Positions 18,496 through 27,765 of a stretch of 35,901 nt of DNA are shown piece by piece. Numbering within the stretch: position 1 is the stretch's first letter; the number at the start of each line of letters is the position of its first letter. Position numbers and translations under genes: made by a program. This DNA comes from Candidatus Krumholzibacteriia bacterium (GTDB taxonomy: Bacteria > Krumholzibacteriota > Krumholzibacteriia > Krumholzibacteriales > Krumholzibacteriaceae), in assembly GCA_026387805.1 (NCBI GenBank), contig JAPLKY010000205.1, forward strand, positions 1 to 35,901. The letters run 5' to 3'. The notes under the pieces were generated by a model. It was given only the letters and a program-made list of their open reading frames with translations, was not told the DNA's origin and did not search any database.

Positions 18496-20700
18496 TTGCG
18501 ACTTCGGGCGATATCGATCTTCGGGGCCATGGTGTTTCTCTTCCTTGCGCAGGCGCCTCCGCCGGCGAATTGCGGCGCAATTGAAGCCGCCCGCGACAGC
18601 ATCCCCCTCTACAAGATGGATGAGGTGGTCGTTACGGCGGACAGGGTCGAGAACCAAGCCTTCCGCACGACCTCTTCGGTGAGCGTGATGAGATCGGACG
18701 AGATGCGCTCGTTGCCGCTTACCGCGTTTTCCGACGTTCTCCAGGCGCTGCCCGGATTCCTGGTTGCCGATCGAGATGGGCTCGGGCATGATCCGATCGT
18801 CACAACGAGAGGGTTCTATGGAGGAGGCGAGGCCGAATATCTCCTCGTCCTGCTGGACGGCAAGCCGATCAACGATCTCGAATCGGGGCTCGTCAATTGG
18901 AATCTCATCCCCATGCAGGAGATCGAGACCGTCGAAGTGGTGCGCGGCGCTTCCTCCGCGCTCTACGGGGATGCCGCCCTGGGCGGCGTTATCAATATCA
19001 GAACGAGCTCCGCGGACACCGCGCGATCGTCGCTTTCGTTCGACGGCGGCTCCTTCGGAATTCTCAACGCCGGGCTGAAAACCCAGGGAACGGCCGGGAA
19101 CAAACGCTACCAACTTTTCGCTTCGAACGAGCGCTCGGATGGATTTCGCGCGCACAGCACGTGGCAGGGAACGGCTTTCGGCGGCGGCATGACGCTTCTT
19201 TCCCGCGATCGCTCGAAGCTGCGGATTTCGAGCATGAACCAGGTCGTCAGGGCCGATGTTCCCGGCCCGCTGACGGCGGACGAGCTGTACCGCGACCGGA
19301 ATGCATCGAGCCCCTACTACAAGGCCGACGGCAAGCACGAGGAGAGATATCAGGCTCAAATCGCCTATTCCGCGAGGACTTCGCCGCGCGCTGAATTCAC
19401 CGCCGACCTGATGTACAGCCACCGCGATGCGGATCTGATCAGGACATTCGCGAATCCCGCTCCGATAGTCGACTTCGCGACATTTGCCATAGTCGGATAC
19501 TATGACACGTCGCTCTATGGAGATACGAAAGAGAGAAGATTGCATAACAACGAGGCCGGAGCGCGCCTGAAGTATGCTTCCGTGGACGACGCCGGGCGCC
19601 TGCAATATCGTTACGTGGTCGGTTTCGACGGCGATTACGGACATATAGACAACGACTACCATCGCTATTTTTCCGGTTTTGCGGAGGATTATCTGAAGGG
19701 CGCGCCCAAGCCGGGCGGTTCGATCGCGCGGGGCGAGGGCAGCAGGACGAAGTATGCGCTTTACGCGAGCAACGAATTGCGGCTCGATCCATGGACTCTG
19801 ACGCTGGGCATCCGATACGATGCGATCAACGACACCTATACGGGCACCCTCCCCGACACGAACATCGCGGCGACGAATACCGCGTGGAGCCCCAAGGTCG
19901 GGATCAACGTGCGGCTCGCGGATGGAGACGGCTATTCCAGCTCGATCTACGCGAACGCCAATCGATCGTTCAAGGCTCCGACCCTCGATCAGCTGACGGA
20001 TCAGCGCGTGATCGACTTCGCCGGTTTCATGAGAGTTCCCGTCGGCCCCGATTCGTACCTGTATTCTCCCTACTATTCGCAGGCCGCGCCGTTCTCCAAC
20101 GCGCTGCTGAGACCCCAGACCGCCGTCAGCTATGAGGTGGGGACGTACCAACGCATGCAATTGGCGCATGATCTTTCTTGCGAAGCTTCCGTGGCCGCCT
20201 ATCAAATCGACATGAATGACGAGATCGATTTCGATTTCGCCACGTTCAGCTATCAGAACGTTCAGAAGAGCCGGCATCGCGGCGTCGAGAGCTCCTTGCG
20301 GCTCTATTGGATGCATCGCCTGACGGCATTCGCGAACTACACGTGGACGAGCGTGACGTTCCGTTCCGGCCCCTTCGCGGGCAACTACTTGCAAGGAATT
20401 CCGCGAAACGTCGCCGCGTGCGGAGTCACCTATGAGCGCGGAACGGGTTTCAAGGCGAGCCTCATGTGGAATTTCGCGAGCGACATCCAGCTGGATGATG
20501 AGAACGATGTAACGCTTCCGCGGATGAGCACGGCCGGCGTGCGAATCTCTCAGAAGCTGCGGCCGGCGCTGATATTCATCGATATCGGAAACGTCCTCGA
20601 CAAGAAATACAGCTCGAACGGATATATGCTCAATCAATCGGCATTTCTGTATCCCGCGGGAGGGAGGGTGATTCATGGGGGGATCGCGATCGATTTCTAG
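18496..20700 (+). CDS. TonB-dependent outer-membrane receptor
   Basis: Signal peptide, then plug-like DEVVVTADRVENQAFRTTSSVSVMRSDEM...LQALPGFLV. Long beta-barrel-type sequence ending in ...GGIAIDF with a terminal aromatic residue. The start (TTG 18496) is uncertain. Confidence 0.85.
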   Translation: MRLRAISIFGAMVFLFLAQAPPPANCGAIEAARDSIPLYKMDEVVVTADRVENQAFRTTSSVSVMRSDEMRSLPLTAFSDVLQALPGFLVADRDGLGHDPIVTTRGFYGGGEAEYLLVLLDGKPINDLESGLVNWNLIPMQEIETVEVVRGASSALYGDAALGGVINIRTSSADTARSSLSFDGGSFGILNAGLKTQGTAGNKRYQLFASNERSDGFRAHSTWQGTAFGGGMTLLSRDRSKLRISSMNQVVRADVPGPLTADELYRDRNASSPYYKADGKHEERYQAQIAYSARTSPRAEFTADLMYSHRDADLIRTFANPAPIVDFATFAIVGYYDTSLYGDTKERRLHNNEAGARLKYASVDDAGRLQYRYVVGFDGDYGHIDNDYHRYFSGFAEDYLKGAPKPGGSIARGEGSRTKYALYASNELRLDPWTLTLGIRYDAINDTYTGTLPDTNIAATNTAWSPKVGINVRLADGDGYSSSIYANANRSFKAPTLDQLTDQRVIDFAGFMRVPVGPDSYLYSPYYSQAAPFSNALLRPQTAVSYEVGTYQRMQLAHDLSCEASVAAYQIDMNDEIDFDFATFSYQNVQKSRHRGVESSLRLYWMHRLTAFANYTWTSVTFRSGPFAGNYLQGIPRNVAACGVTYERGTGFKASLMWNFASDIQLDDENDVTLPRMSTAGVRISQKLRPALIFIDIGNVLDKKYSSNGYMLNQSAFLYPAGGRVIHGGIAIDF

Positions 20701-20772
20701 AACGTGTGGAGCGTTCTGAACCCACCGGGATGCCGAACGTGCCGGCGCTTCTCCCTTGCAGAGACAAACGCC

Positions 20773-22935
20773 ATGAAGAGGTCATTTCTCATTATCGCGT
20801 CCGCCGCCATGGTTCTGGGAACGGCATACCCGGATGTTTCCGCGGGCGTCTTCGAGTCGGGCGATTTCCGGCCCGCGCTCTGCATCATCAGGGAACCCGA
20901 AGACGGTTCCCTCTCGAAGACGCGGGAAGCGCTGGCGAGGTGCGGCGTCCGTGCATTGCACGTATTTCCTCCGAGGTTGATCTTCGGACGTTTTCCGTAC
21001 GGATTCGATGAGGCGAGATTGGCCGCGCTGCACGTTGAAATAGCGTGGTCGCCCGATGACGTCGCGACGAAAGACGTCGATCCCCTCATCGCGCGCGTCA
21101 TCCACGAGCTGTTTCGCCAGGAAGAGACCTCGTCGGCTTTCGATGCATCTCCGGCGCCCCCGATGGATGACCTCCTCCTGGAGGTTCCAGCCGGCGTTCG
21201 CGACGCGCAGGCGTCGCATGGATCCCGGATGGGTGTTTCTTCCGAGCTCCTCGATCGCGGGATAGAGCAGAACAGCGAATTCATGATCGGTACGGTGCTG
21301 GTGAACGTCATATTCCCCGAGAGCGCGGGAGGGAGCGAAGATTGGACGGACGATGAGCTGGCGGGGGCTATGAGCGGCATCGCGTTGAGTCTATCCCAGT
21401 ATCAACGATGCGCACCGCTCGCCGATTCTCTGCGATTGGACTTCATCTACAACTACTATACGCGAGTTCCCGTTTCGATCGAGCCGATCGAGGGGAACCG
21501 GAATACCGACCCCGTTTGGATGGGGGAGGCGCTGCAATACCTCGGGTACACGAACGACATGTGGAAGACGCACGCCTTGAATAACGACACGAGGATTCAG
21601 TTCGGGGCCGACTGGGTCTTCACGGCATTTGTCGTCGATGCGAGCTTCAATGGCTGCTGGCAGGGACCGGCGGGGTACTACGCCTACGGCTATCTCGGCG
21701 GGCCGCTGATGGTGATTCCGTACCCGACATGCAGCTGGACCAGCCAGGATGGTTTCGCCCATATCTTCGTTCACGAGGCGAGTCATATCTTCTGGTCGCT
21801 CGATGAGTATCTCAAAGCAGGATTCGTATGCGCGGACAGCTCGGGCTATCTGAGAGTTCCCACGAGAAACACCTACTATAAGCCGTGCGAGGATCCGCTG
21901 CAGCCGTGCATCATGAATAACGCGCCTCTTGTGTCGCCTCTTCCGATCTGCGCCTATACGCTCGGGCAGGTGGGACTCGCGGATGCGAACGGAGACGCTG
22001 TTCCCGATATCTATGAGGTGCCGCCCGAATGGAGCGCCGTCGATATCCGGCAGGCGGGCGGCGACACCATATTCGACGATCTTCTCGAAGTGAGGGCGAC
22101 GGTAGTGAACGAGGCCCTGCCCAACAGAAATCCGCATCATAGTCCGACGCAAATGGTCGACTATGCGCCGTGGCTCGTTCGCGGGACGTATCGCATCGGC
22201 TCGGGGCCGGAGCAGGAAATGCTTCCCGCGGACGGCGCATGGGACGAATCGAGCGAGGAGCTCGATTTTCTCATAAGCGGTTTTTCGCCTCGAGAGAACG
22301 ATCTCTATCTAAAAGTATATAATTGCGCCGGCTTGGGAACCGAAATAGAGCGGCGGATATACTATGTGGCGACCTTGCTCCAGAGCTACTCCATCAGCCC
22401 CGGAGAGACATATATTGAGGTCTCCTGGCAGCTCGCCCAGATTTCCGAGCAGACGGCGTTTGCCGTGCTCCGGTCGGAAGATCCGCGCGGCGAATATCGC
22501 GCGCTCCCCGATGCTCGAATCGATCGGGACGGCCTGTCATTTACATTCAGAGACGAGAGCTGCCGGCGGGGGACCGAGTATCGGTATCGCGTGCGGATCG
22601 AAGAAGGGAAGGAGCGCAGAATACTCTTTGAAACGGGGGGCGCCATGCTTCCCGCCCTGGCCCTGCGCCTCTATCAGAATTATCCCAATCCATTCAATCC
22701 GACGACGGAGATACGCTTCTCCTTGCCCGAAGGCTGCGACGTCGCCCTCGACGTGTACGATAGCGAGGGCAATTGGATCTCGCGGCTCGCCGCCGGATAT
22801 CGAGAGGGCGGGCTGCATGCGGTTCCGTGGGATGGCCACGACAAAAACGGGCGCCAGATGAGCTCCGGAGTATATTTCTGCCGGCTCAAAGCAGGGAAGA
22901 AGGAAGTTTCGAGCAAAATGGTGCTCTTGAGATAG
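20773..22935 (+). CDS. secreted zinc metallopeptidase-like protein (M64-like HExxHxxxxLxDEY) with T9SS sorting domain
   Basis: ATG 20773 gives signal peptide MKRSFLIIASAAMVLGTAYPDVSAG; the track start 20704 does not. Motif FVHEASHIFWSLDEY. C-terminus NYPNPFNPTTEIRF...GVYFCRL. Confidence 0.8.
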   Translation: MKRSFLIIASAAMVLGTAYPDVSAGVFESGDFRPALCIIREPEDGSLSKTREALARCGVRALHVFPPRLIFGRFPYGFDEARLAALHVEIAWSPDDVATKDVDPLIARVIHELFRQEETSSAFDASPAPPMDDLLLEVPAGVRDAQASHGSRMGVSSELLDRGIEQNSEFMIGTVLVNVIFPESAGGSEDWTDDELAGAMSGIALSLSQYQRCAPLADSLRLDFIYNYYTRVPVSIEPIEGNRNTDPVWMGEALQYLGYTNDMWKTHALNNDTRIQFGADWVFTAFVVDASFNGCWQGPAGYYAYGYLGGPLMVIPYPTCSWTSQDGFAHIFVHEASHIFWSLDEYLKAGFVCADSSGYLRVPTRNTYYKPCEDPLQPCIMNNAPLVSPLPICAYTLGQVGLADANGDAVPDIYEVPPEWSAVDIRQAGGDTIFDDLLEVRATVVNEALPNRNPHHSPTQMVDYAPWLVRGTYRIGSGPEQEMLPADGAWDESSEELDFLISGFSPRENDLYLKVYNCAGLGTEIERRIYYVATLLQSYSISPGETYIEVSWQLAQISEQTAFAVLRSEDPRGEYRALPDARIDRDGLSFTFRDESCRRGTEYRYRVRIEEGKERRILFETGGAMLPALALRLYQNYPNPFNPTTEIRFSLPEGCDVALDVYDSEGNWISRLAAGYREGGLHAVPWDGHDKNGRQMSSGVYFCRLKAGKKEVSSKMVLLR

Positions 22936-23033
22936 GGAGAGCTGTCCGCCCGCCATCAAATGAGAACGCCGTGCGGTCCTATCGGATGCCTCGCCCGGCG
23001 CTATTCTCGCTGCGCATGAGCCGATTCCCGCAG

Positions 23034-24305
23034 TCACCTGTTTCTTTCGGGATCCAGCATTCGCGGACCGATGATCTCGCTCCGTACCAAGAAACCCATG
23101 AAGAGAGTGACGAGAAGCACCTTCATCAGGACATAGAGGCCGTTGAGGTGCAGCCTTATTCTCTGCTTGACCCCGCTTGTTCTATAATTGAAGTAGAGAC
23201 GGGTCAGAGTGACCCGATCGGGGAAAACGAGTCGATAGAGATACAGGGCCCGGTGCCTGAAGCCCTTTCTGAGATAGAGCTCCATCGCGAACTCATGCGT
23301 GTCGCGAAACGGCAGCCACTCCCAGACGAGCGCGCGCGGGTAGTATGTGCTCAGTATGAATCTTTTCATGAAGAAGCCGGGCGCGCGTCCGACCGCCGTC
23401 CCCGAGCGCGATAATCGTCCGAAGAGAGACTCGCACAGGCTCGTGGCAAGGGTCATCTCGCGATCCGTATTGCATCGGGCCGACCAAAGAATGACTTCGT
23501 TCCAATCGGATTCCTTGAACCTCCGGGCCATTCCCTTCATCTCCGCGAGACTGCGAAACGCCAGGAAACACTTGTACGCGGCGTGCATGCCCATATACCA
23601 GAAGGCATCGGGAGGGCTCAGCGTTCGTATCGTCGTGCCCCCCACCTGAAGAGGAATCGCCCGCTCTCTCAATCGCGCCTCATCGGGAATCGCATGGTCC
23701 ATCGTGGGATCGAGGAGATCCCAATGCAGCTCGACGACGCTGTCGAGGTTCTCGCCGCGGCAGTAGATATAGTGAAAGTGGTACGCGCGGTATTCCTCGG
23801 CCGAGCGGCGGCCTGAACGCAAGAAATATCCATTCTTCTGGAGGACCCGCTGACATCGTTCGAGATCGGATCGCGGAACGAGGATATCGATGTCTTTCGA
23901 GACTCTGACGCCGGGATCGTTGTAGAGAGAATATGCGAGAGGAATGCCCTTGATAACGATAGGCGCAACGGCTTCCTTCTCCATGTCGCGCACGAGCTCG
24001 ATGAGCTCATACTCCTTCTTCGTAAATCGCGCCTGAGAGAGAAAATATTCTCCTTCGAGGATCCCGCGCACGTCTTCCGGCAAACCCTCGAACGTCCCGA
24101 GAGTCTTGAAGAAGCGGGCGGTCGCCGCGAGATACATGTGGTGCCCCGCGAGCTTCATGAATCGCCGCCAATCGAAGACGCTTCCGAGCATCGACGCGGC
24201 CTCATTTCTCAGCTCTTCATCAGGCGGCTCTTGCCGCATCGACGAATCCGCAACGAGAATGAGGAGCCTGTCTTCGTTCGTCAACATGAGGGCTGTTTTG
24301 CGCAT
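23034..24305 (-). CDS. nucleotidyltransferase family protein (PF14907/NTP_transf_5-like)
   Basis: 423 aa. IVIKGIPLAYSLYNDPGVRVSKDIDILVPRSDLERCQRVLQKNGY and VVELHWDL are the hallmark segments of this uncharacterised NTase family, as I recall it. Confidence 0.7.
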   Translation of the reverse strand: MRKTALMLTNEDRLLILVADSSMRQEPPDEELRNEAASMLGSVFDWRRFMKLAGHHMYLAATARFFKTLGTFEGLPEDVRGILEGEYFLSQARFTKKEYELIELVRDMEKEAVAPIVIKGIPLAYSLYNDPGVRVSKDIDILVPRSDLERCQRVLQKNGYFLRSGRRSAEEYRAYHFHYIYCRGENLDSVVELHWDLLDPTMDHAIPDEARLRERAIPLQVGGTTIRTLSPPDAFWYMGMHAAYKCFLAFRSLAEMKGMARRFKESDWNEVILWSARCNTDREMTLATSLCESLFGRLSRSGTAVGRAPGFFMKRFILSTYYPRALVWEWLPFRDTHEFAMELYLRKGFRHRALYLYRLVFPDRVTLTRLYFNYRTSGVKQRIRLHLNGLYVLMKVLLVTLFMGFLVRSEIIGPRMLDPERNR

Positions 24306-24326
24306 GACATCCAGATTGGTTATGGG

Positions 24327-25211
24327 CTATTTTCTGAGATAATGCCTCACGCCCACCTTGGGATCCAGCTCGAACGGTCCCTCGTAGCCGTTTGTACCGC
24401 TCGGGCTGAAGGTCGTGGAGACCGTGCCCTTGTCGTTCTTGAAAATGATATCGGCGCCCTGGAGCTCCCAGAACGATTCGTTCGCGTGGTTGCTCGACAG
24501 CTTGTACCCCTTGCCGGCCACGTATTGGGTCGTGAGCCCGATATCGCAGATGAACTCGTTCACGTCCTTGTTGTCGCGCTTGCAGCGGCCGAACTTCCAC
24601 GTGCCCGCGACTTTCTGAACGGCCTCGGGAATCGGCGAGGTTGCGACCGCCCCCGGCTTCTTCCCTTTCCTCAGCTCGACGAGCCTGTCGCTCAGCTCCT
24701 TTTCGCGGGCGTTCAGCGACTCGAGGCGCGTCGCGATCTCGACGAGCTCCTTGTTTGCCACGGGAATGCGATCCGTCTGGACGAAACGCTTGTACGCCTC
24801 GCTCAAATTCATGAGATGAGAGAGCCAGAAATGGTATTCGGGGTCCTCCGATTCCGGGTCTCCGTGGATCGGCTTGTTGTCGTCGCCTCGCGCGAGCAAA
24901 TCGCGCAAGGCGAGAACATACGCCAACTCGGTGAGCTGCTCCTTCGAGACGCTCAAGAGAATGCCCGATTTCTTATTCGGCTCCGGCTTATTCGTTTCAT
25001 AGCTCTTGCCCGTGTAATCCCTGCCGATATCCAGAACGCATCTCTCCGGATCGGCGAGTCGATAGTAGTACTTGAGCTCATCCTGGACGTCGTCTTCCCT
25101 CGCGTCGAGCCACTGGCTATCCTGCTGGCCGGCCAAAGCGCCGCAAGGACGGGGAACGAGGAGATACGCCGCCGCGAGAGCGCACGCGATGATAACGAGC
25201 CGCTTGTTCAT
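24327..25211 (-). CDS. secreted hypothetical protein with central coiled-coil-like segment
   Basis: AAAGGGGGG RBS and signal peptide MNKRLVIIACALAAAYLLV. Balanced K/E/D-rich composition, in contrast to the R/L/A-rich antisense ORF 24138-25217. Confidence 0.75.
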   Translation of the reverse strand: MNKRLVIIACALAAAYLLVPRPCGALAGQQDSQWLDAREDDVQDELKYYYRLADPERCVLDIGRDYTGKSYETNKPEPNKKSGILLSVSKEQLTELAYVLALRDLLARGDDNKPIHGDPESEDPEYHFWLSHLMNLSEAYKRFVQTDRIPVANKELVEIATRLESLNAREKELSDRLVELRKGKKPGAVATSPIPEAVQKVAGTWKFGRCKRDNKDVNEFICDIGLTTQYVAGKGYKLSSNHANESFWELQGADIIFKNDKGTVSTTFSPSGTNGYEGPFELDPKVGVRHYLRK

Positions 25212-25242
25212 GAATGAGCCCCCCTTTCGGTCGAAAGACGTT

Positions 25243-25272
25243 ATTGTATGCCGGTCGTTGAGCGGGCGTCAA
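25243..25272 (-). promoter_or_regulatory. sigma70-like promoter TTGACG-N18-TACAAT (minus strand)
   Basis: Read on the minus strand: TTGACG (25272-25267), an 18-nt spacer, TACAAT (25248-25243). It lies about 30 nt upstream of ATG 25211. Confidence 0.45.
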
Positions 25273-25316
25273 TTCGATAGTGCGCTCCCCAAAATCAAAA
25301 CAGGTAGCCGAGTCGT

Positions 25317-25350
25317 TTGAAGTCACAAATTGCAACTTCAAGTTTGTAAC
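25317..25350. repeat. A-type palindrome copy (TTGAAGT..ACTTCAA + GTTTGTAAC tail), imperfect
   Basis: TTGAAGTCACAAATTGCAACTTCAAGTTTGTAAC. Same family as 28380-28414, 31073-31105, 31556-31590 and 33263-33297. Confidence 0.7.
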
Positions 25351-25361
25351 TTCTTTATCAG

Positions 25362-25405
25362 CAAGGAAAAACAAAGCGAGGTGGCCGCATTTACGACCAC
25401 CTCGC
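25362..25405 (-). terminator. intrinsic terminator formed by a B-type palindrome
   Basis: On the minus strand, the GCGAGGTGG...CCACCTCGC stem (25405-25376) is followed by TTTGTTTTTCC. It lies 57 nt after the ankyrin-MBL stop. Confidence 0.55.
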
Positions 25406-25461
25406 TCAAGGATTCGCCCGGCGCCCCTCACTCGGCACCAAGTCCCCGGGCCTCCGCCCGG

Positions 25462-27489
25462 CTATATCGCTTTCAGCTGCCCGTCTTTGTACGTGAACCT
25501 GTCTCCCTTGAGTCTCGGCAGGCCCTGGGGAACCGTGCACCCGGCCTTCGCGGCCTCCGCGGAGAATTCGGTATACCGCGAGCAGGAGCTCCCCCCGTGC
25601 ATCCAGAAAACGCTCGCGGGATCGAGCTTCTCGACGCCCCACCACACGCCCTTCTTCATGGTCTCCTGGTCCCCGAAGCCGCATCCCGACACCGGTATGA
25701 ACGCCATGTCGATCTTGTGCCCGAGGCCGGCGAGGTAGTTGATCTCCTCGGAGTACACGCCGTCGATGTTCGCGTCGCGATTGTGGAGATCGCCCGAATG
25801 CAGGATCGTGAGTCCGTCGACCGTCACGAGGAACGCCACGCCCGCGTCGGTGGAGCGGGTGGCGACGATCTCCATACCGTTCACGTTCTTCGTCTGCCGG
25901 GGATCGATGAGCTCGACCGCCACCGTCGTGTCGGGACGCTGGCCGAATACCCAGGTTATGTTGCCTATGCCAACGTTCCAGGCGAAGTTCGCCTTGCTGT
26001 AATGATCCGGATGCACCGTGTGCGACACGAACGCGGTGACCTTTTTCCCCTTGAGCTCGGCCGGATTGATGCATCCGTTGAGAATGCCCGGCGCGTCGGA
26101 GGCGCGCCCGTCCTGGACGAAGTCGAAGATGAGGAAATTGTTCGCCGTCTCGATCGCCCATCCCGAGTGGCCCGTGTAGAAGACGATCGCCTCCCCCTCG
26201 GGGATGCGCTTCGAGAGAAGCTCGGCCGCGGCGACCGTCCTGCAACCGCCCTTTCCGCCCTTCGCCTTGAGTGCCTTGGCTATCTCCGTGTTGCCGTGGC
26301 GATCCGCATAGTAGAGCGGGGTGTGCCCGTCGCTGTCCTCGGCATTCACCGGGGCGCCCGATTCGATGAGGAACGTCGCGAGGTCGCCGTAGCCCTTGGC
26401 CGCGGCCGCATGAAGGCCGGTGGATTTGAATGCGCCCCCCGCGTTCGACACGTCGGCCCCCTTCGACGCGAAGTACTTCACGATATCGGTGTATCCCCGC
26501 TCGCAGGCGAGCGTGAGCGGCGTAAAGCCCTCGTCATTCCTCTTGGTCGGATCGGCTCCGGCTTCGACGAGGAGCCGCGCGATCTCGACCGGCACGTTCG
26601 GCGTCTGCGCGAAGCGATGAAGGACGTTGCTGCCGGTCTCGCCCGTCAGCTTCACGTCGGCGCCCTTTGCGAGAAGCATCCGGACCACCTCGGGATCGGG
26701 GCGCCAGAAGCTCGCCATGAGCGCGGTGAACTCGTTGAGGCGGTAGTTCGGATCGGCTCCCTTGTCGAGCAGGAGCCGCACCGCGTCTCGCTTCCCCGCG
26801 CCGGCGGCATTCATGAGGGGCGATTCGCCATCCGGCGGCACCTCGTTGGGATTCGCGCCGTTCTCGAGGAGAAATGTCATAACCTCCATCTGCCCCCGCT
26901 GGGCCGCGCCCCCGAGCGGGGTGGCGCCCCACTGGTCGGGGCCGCAGCTGAGGGAGAGTCCCGCCGCGACGAGCTGCTTGAGAACGTCGAGATTTCCGCG
27001 CCGCGCCGCGAAGTGAACGAGGCCGGTGCCTCCGGTCGCGCGGCAATCGAGCCTGGCGCCCTTCGAGGCGAGATATTGGACGGCGTCCCACTTGCCGCGG
27101 CTCCCCGCGAAGAGCACGGCGGTCATGCCGTTCACGTCGGCGGAGTTCACGTCCATCCCCTTCGCGAGCAGGAGATCGATGACCGCGGTGTTCGCGCCGA
27201 TGGCGGCGACGTGGAGCGCGTTCGAGTTCTCGTTGTCGCCGAGCTTGACGTCAGCCCCGAGGTCGAGCAGGAGCTTCGTCATATCGAGGTTCCCCGACTG
27301 GGCCGCGATATGAAGCGGCGTCGAGCCGTCGGCCTCTTTCGTCGCGAGGATCGACCGGTCGGCGGCGACGAGCTGCCGCACGGCCTGGATATTCCCCCCG
27401 CGGACCGCCTCGTGGATCTCGCCTGCCGCGACACCGGCGGCGAGGAAGAGAAGAATCATGACAATGGAAACCAACCGCACCGTACGCAT
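25462..27489 (-). CDS. secreted ankyrin-repeat protein fused to an MBL-fold (UlaG/Lactamase_B_3-like) domain
   Basis: ATG 27489 with GAGGAGG RBS gives signal peptide MRTVRLVSIVMILLFLAAGVAAG; the track start 27756 adds 89 aa of non-protein-like sequence. About 11 ankyrin repeats (GSTPLHIAAQSGNLDMTKLLLDLGADV and similar). C-terminal SHTVHPDHY...LHSGDLHN metal-site-like motifs. Confidence 0.85.
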   Translation of the reverse strand: MRTVRLVSIVMILLFLAAGVAAGEIHEAVRGGNIQAVRQLVAADRSILATKEADGSTPLHIAAQSGNLDMTKLLLDLGADVKLGDNENSNALHVAAIGANTAVIDLLLAKGMDVNSADVNGMTAVLFAGSRGKWDAVQYLASKGARLDCRATGGTGLVHFAARRGNLDVLKQLVAAGLSLSCGPDQWGATPLGGAAQRGQMEVMTFLLENGANPNEVPPDGESPLMNAAGAGKRDAVRLLLDKGADPNYRLNEFTALMASFWRPDPEVVRMLLAKGADVKLTGETGSNVLHRFAQTPNVPVEIARLLVEAGADPTKRNDEGFTPLTLACERGYTDIVKYFASKGADVSNAGGAFKSTGLHAAAAKGYGDLATFLIESGAPVNAEDSDGHTPLYYADRHGNTEIAKALKAKGGKGGCRTVAAAELLSKRIPEGEAIVFYTGHSGWAIETANNFLIFDFVQDGRASDAPGILNGCINPAELKGKKVTAFVSHTVHPDHYSKANFAWNVGIGNITWVFGQRPDTTVAVELIDPRQTKNVNGMEIVATRSTDAGVAFLVTVDGLTILHSGDLHNRDANIDGVYSEEINYLAGLGHKIDMAFIPVSGCGFGDQETMKKGVWWGVEKLDPASVFWMHGGSSCSRYTEFSAEAAKAGCTVPQGLPRLKGDRFTYKDGQLKAI

Positions 27490-27765
27490 GGGTACCTCCT
27501 CAGTGCACAGGAAACGACCCGAATTTGTAAGGCGTTGTCGTCTGGTGGGATCGGCGCGACCCCCTGTCGGTCTCGGAGCACCCCGGTATCGGGGTCGAAC
27601 CGAGCCCCCTCTCGGGCCCTGCGCCGGGCGGTGCCACCCTATAAGCCCTACCTGCTTTTTTATACAGCGGCCGGCGGGAAAAGTGCCGAGGGGGCGACTA
27701 GAATTATAGAATAGCCGCGATCCTAGCGAAATGTCGACGGCGGTGGCCACGCCCACCCCTCGAAC

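Noticed and set aside
16798-20676. 1292-aa minus-strand ORF, the longest in the window
   Set aside because: It is antisense to the BNR and TonB-receptor genes. Its composition is extremely R/A/G/P-rich with no recognisable motif, typical of shadow ORFs in GC-rich DNA. The plus-strand genes have clear Asp-box, plug and barrel signatures.
27541-27650. tRNA/tmRNA-like or guanidine-I (ykkC)-like element on the minus strand (GGTTCGACCCC, ...CCCACCA, UAGGGU...GGGCCCGAGAG)
   Set aside because: No acceptor stem can be paired around the T-arm-like piece. The ykkC resemblance covers only the first half (UAGGGU / GGNCCGAGAG). The conserved ACGG-GGGA-AAAGCCCGGGAGA half is missing, and the downstream gene is not a typical guanidine-regulon gene.
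25330-27714. 794-aa plus-strand ORF
   Set aside because: It is antisense to the ankyrin-MBL gene, whose repeats are unmistakable. The composition is R/A/E/L-rich and low-complexity. It would also run through the A/B palindromes and the terminator.
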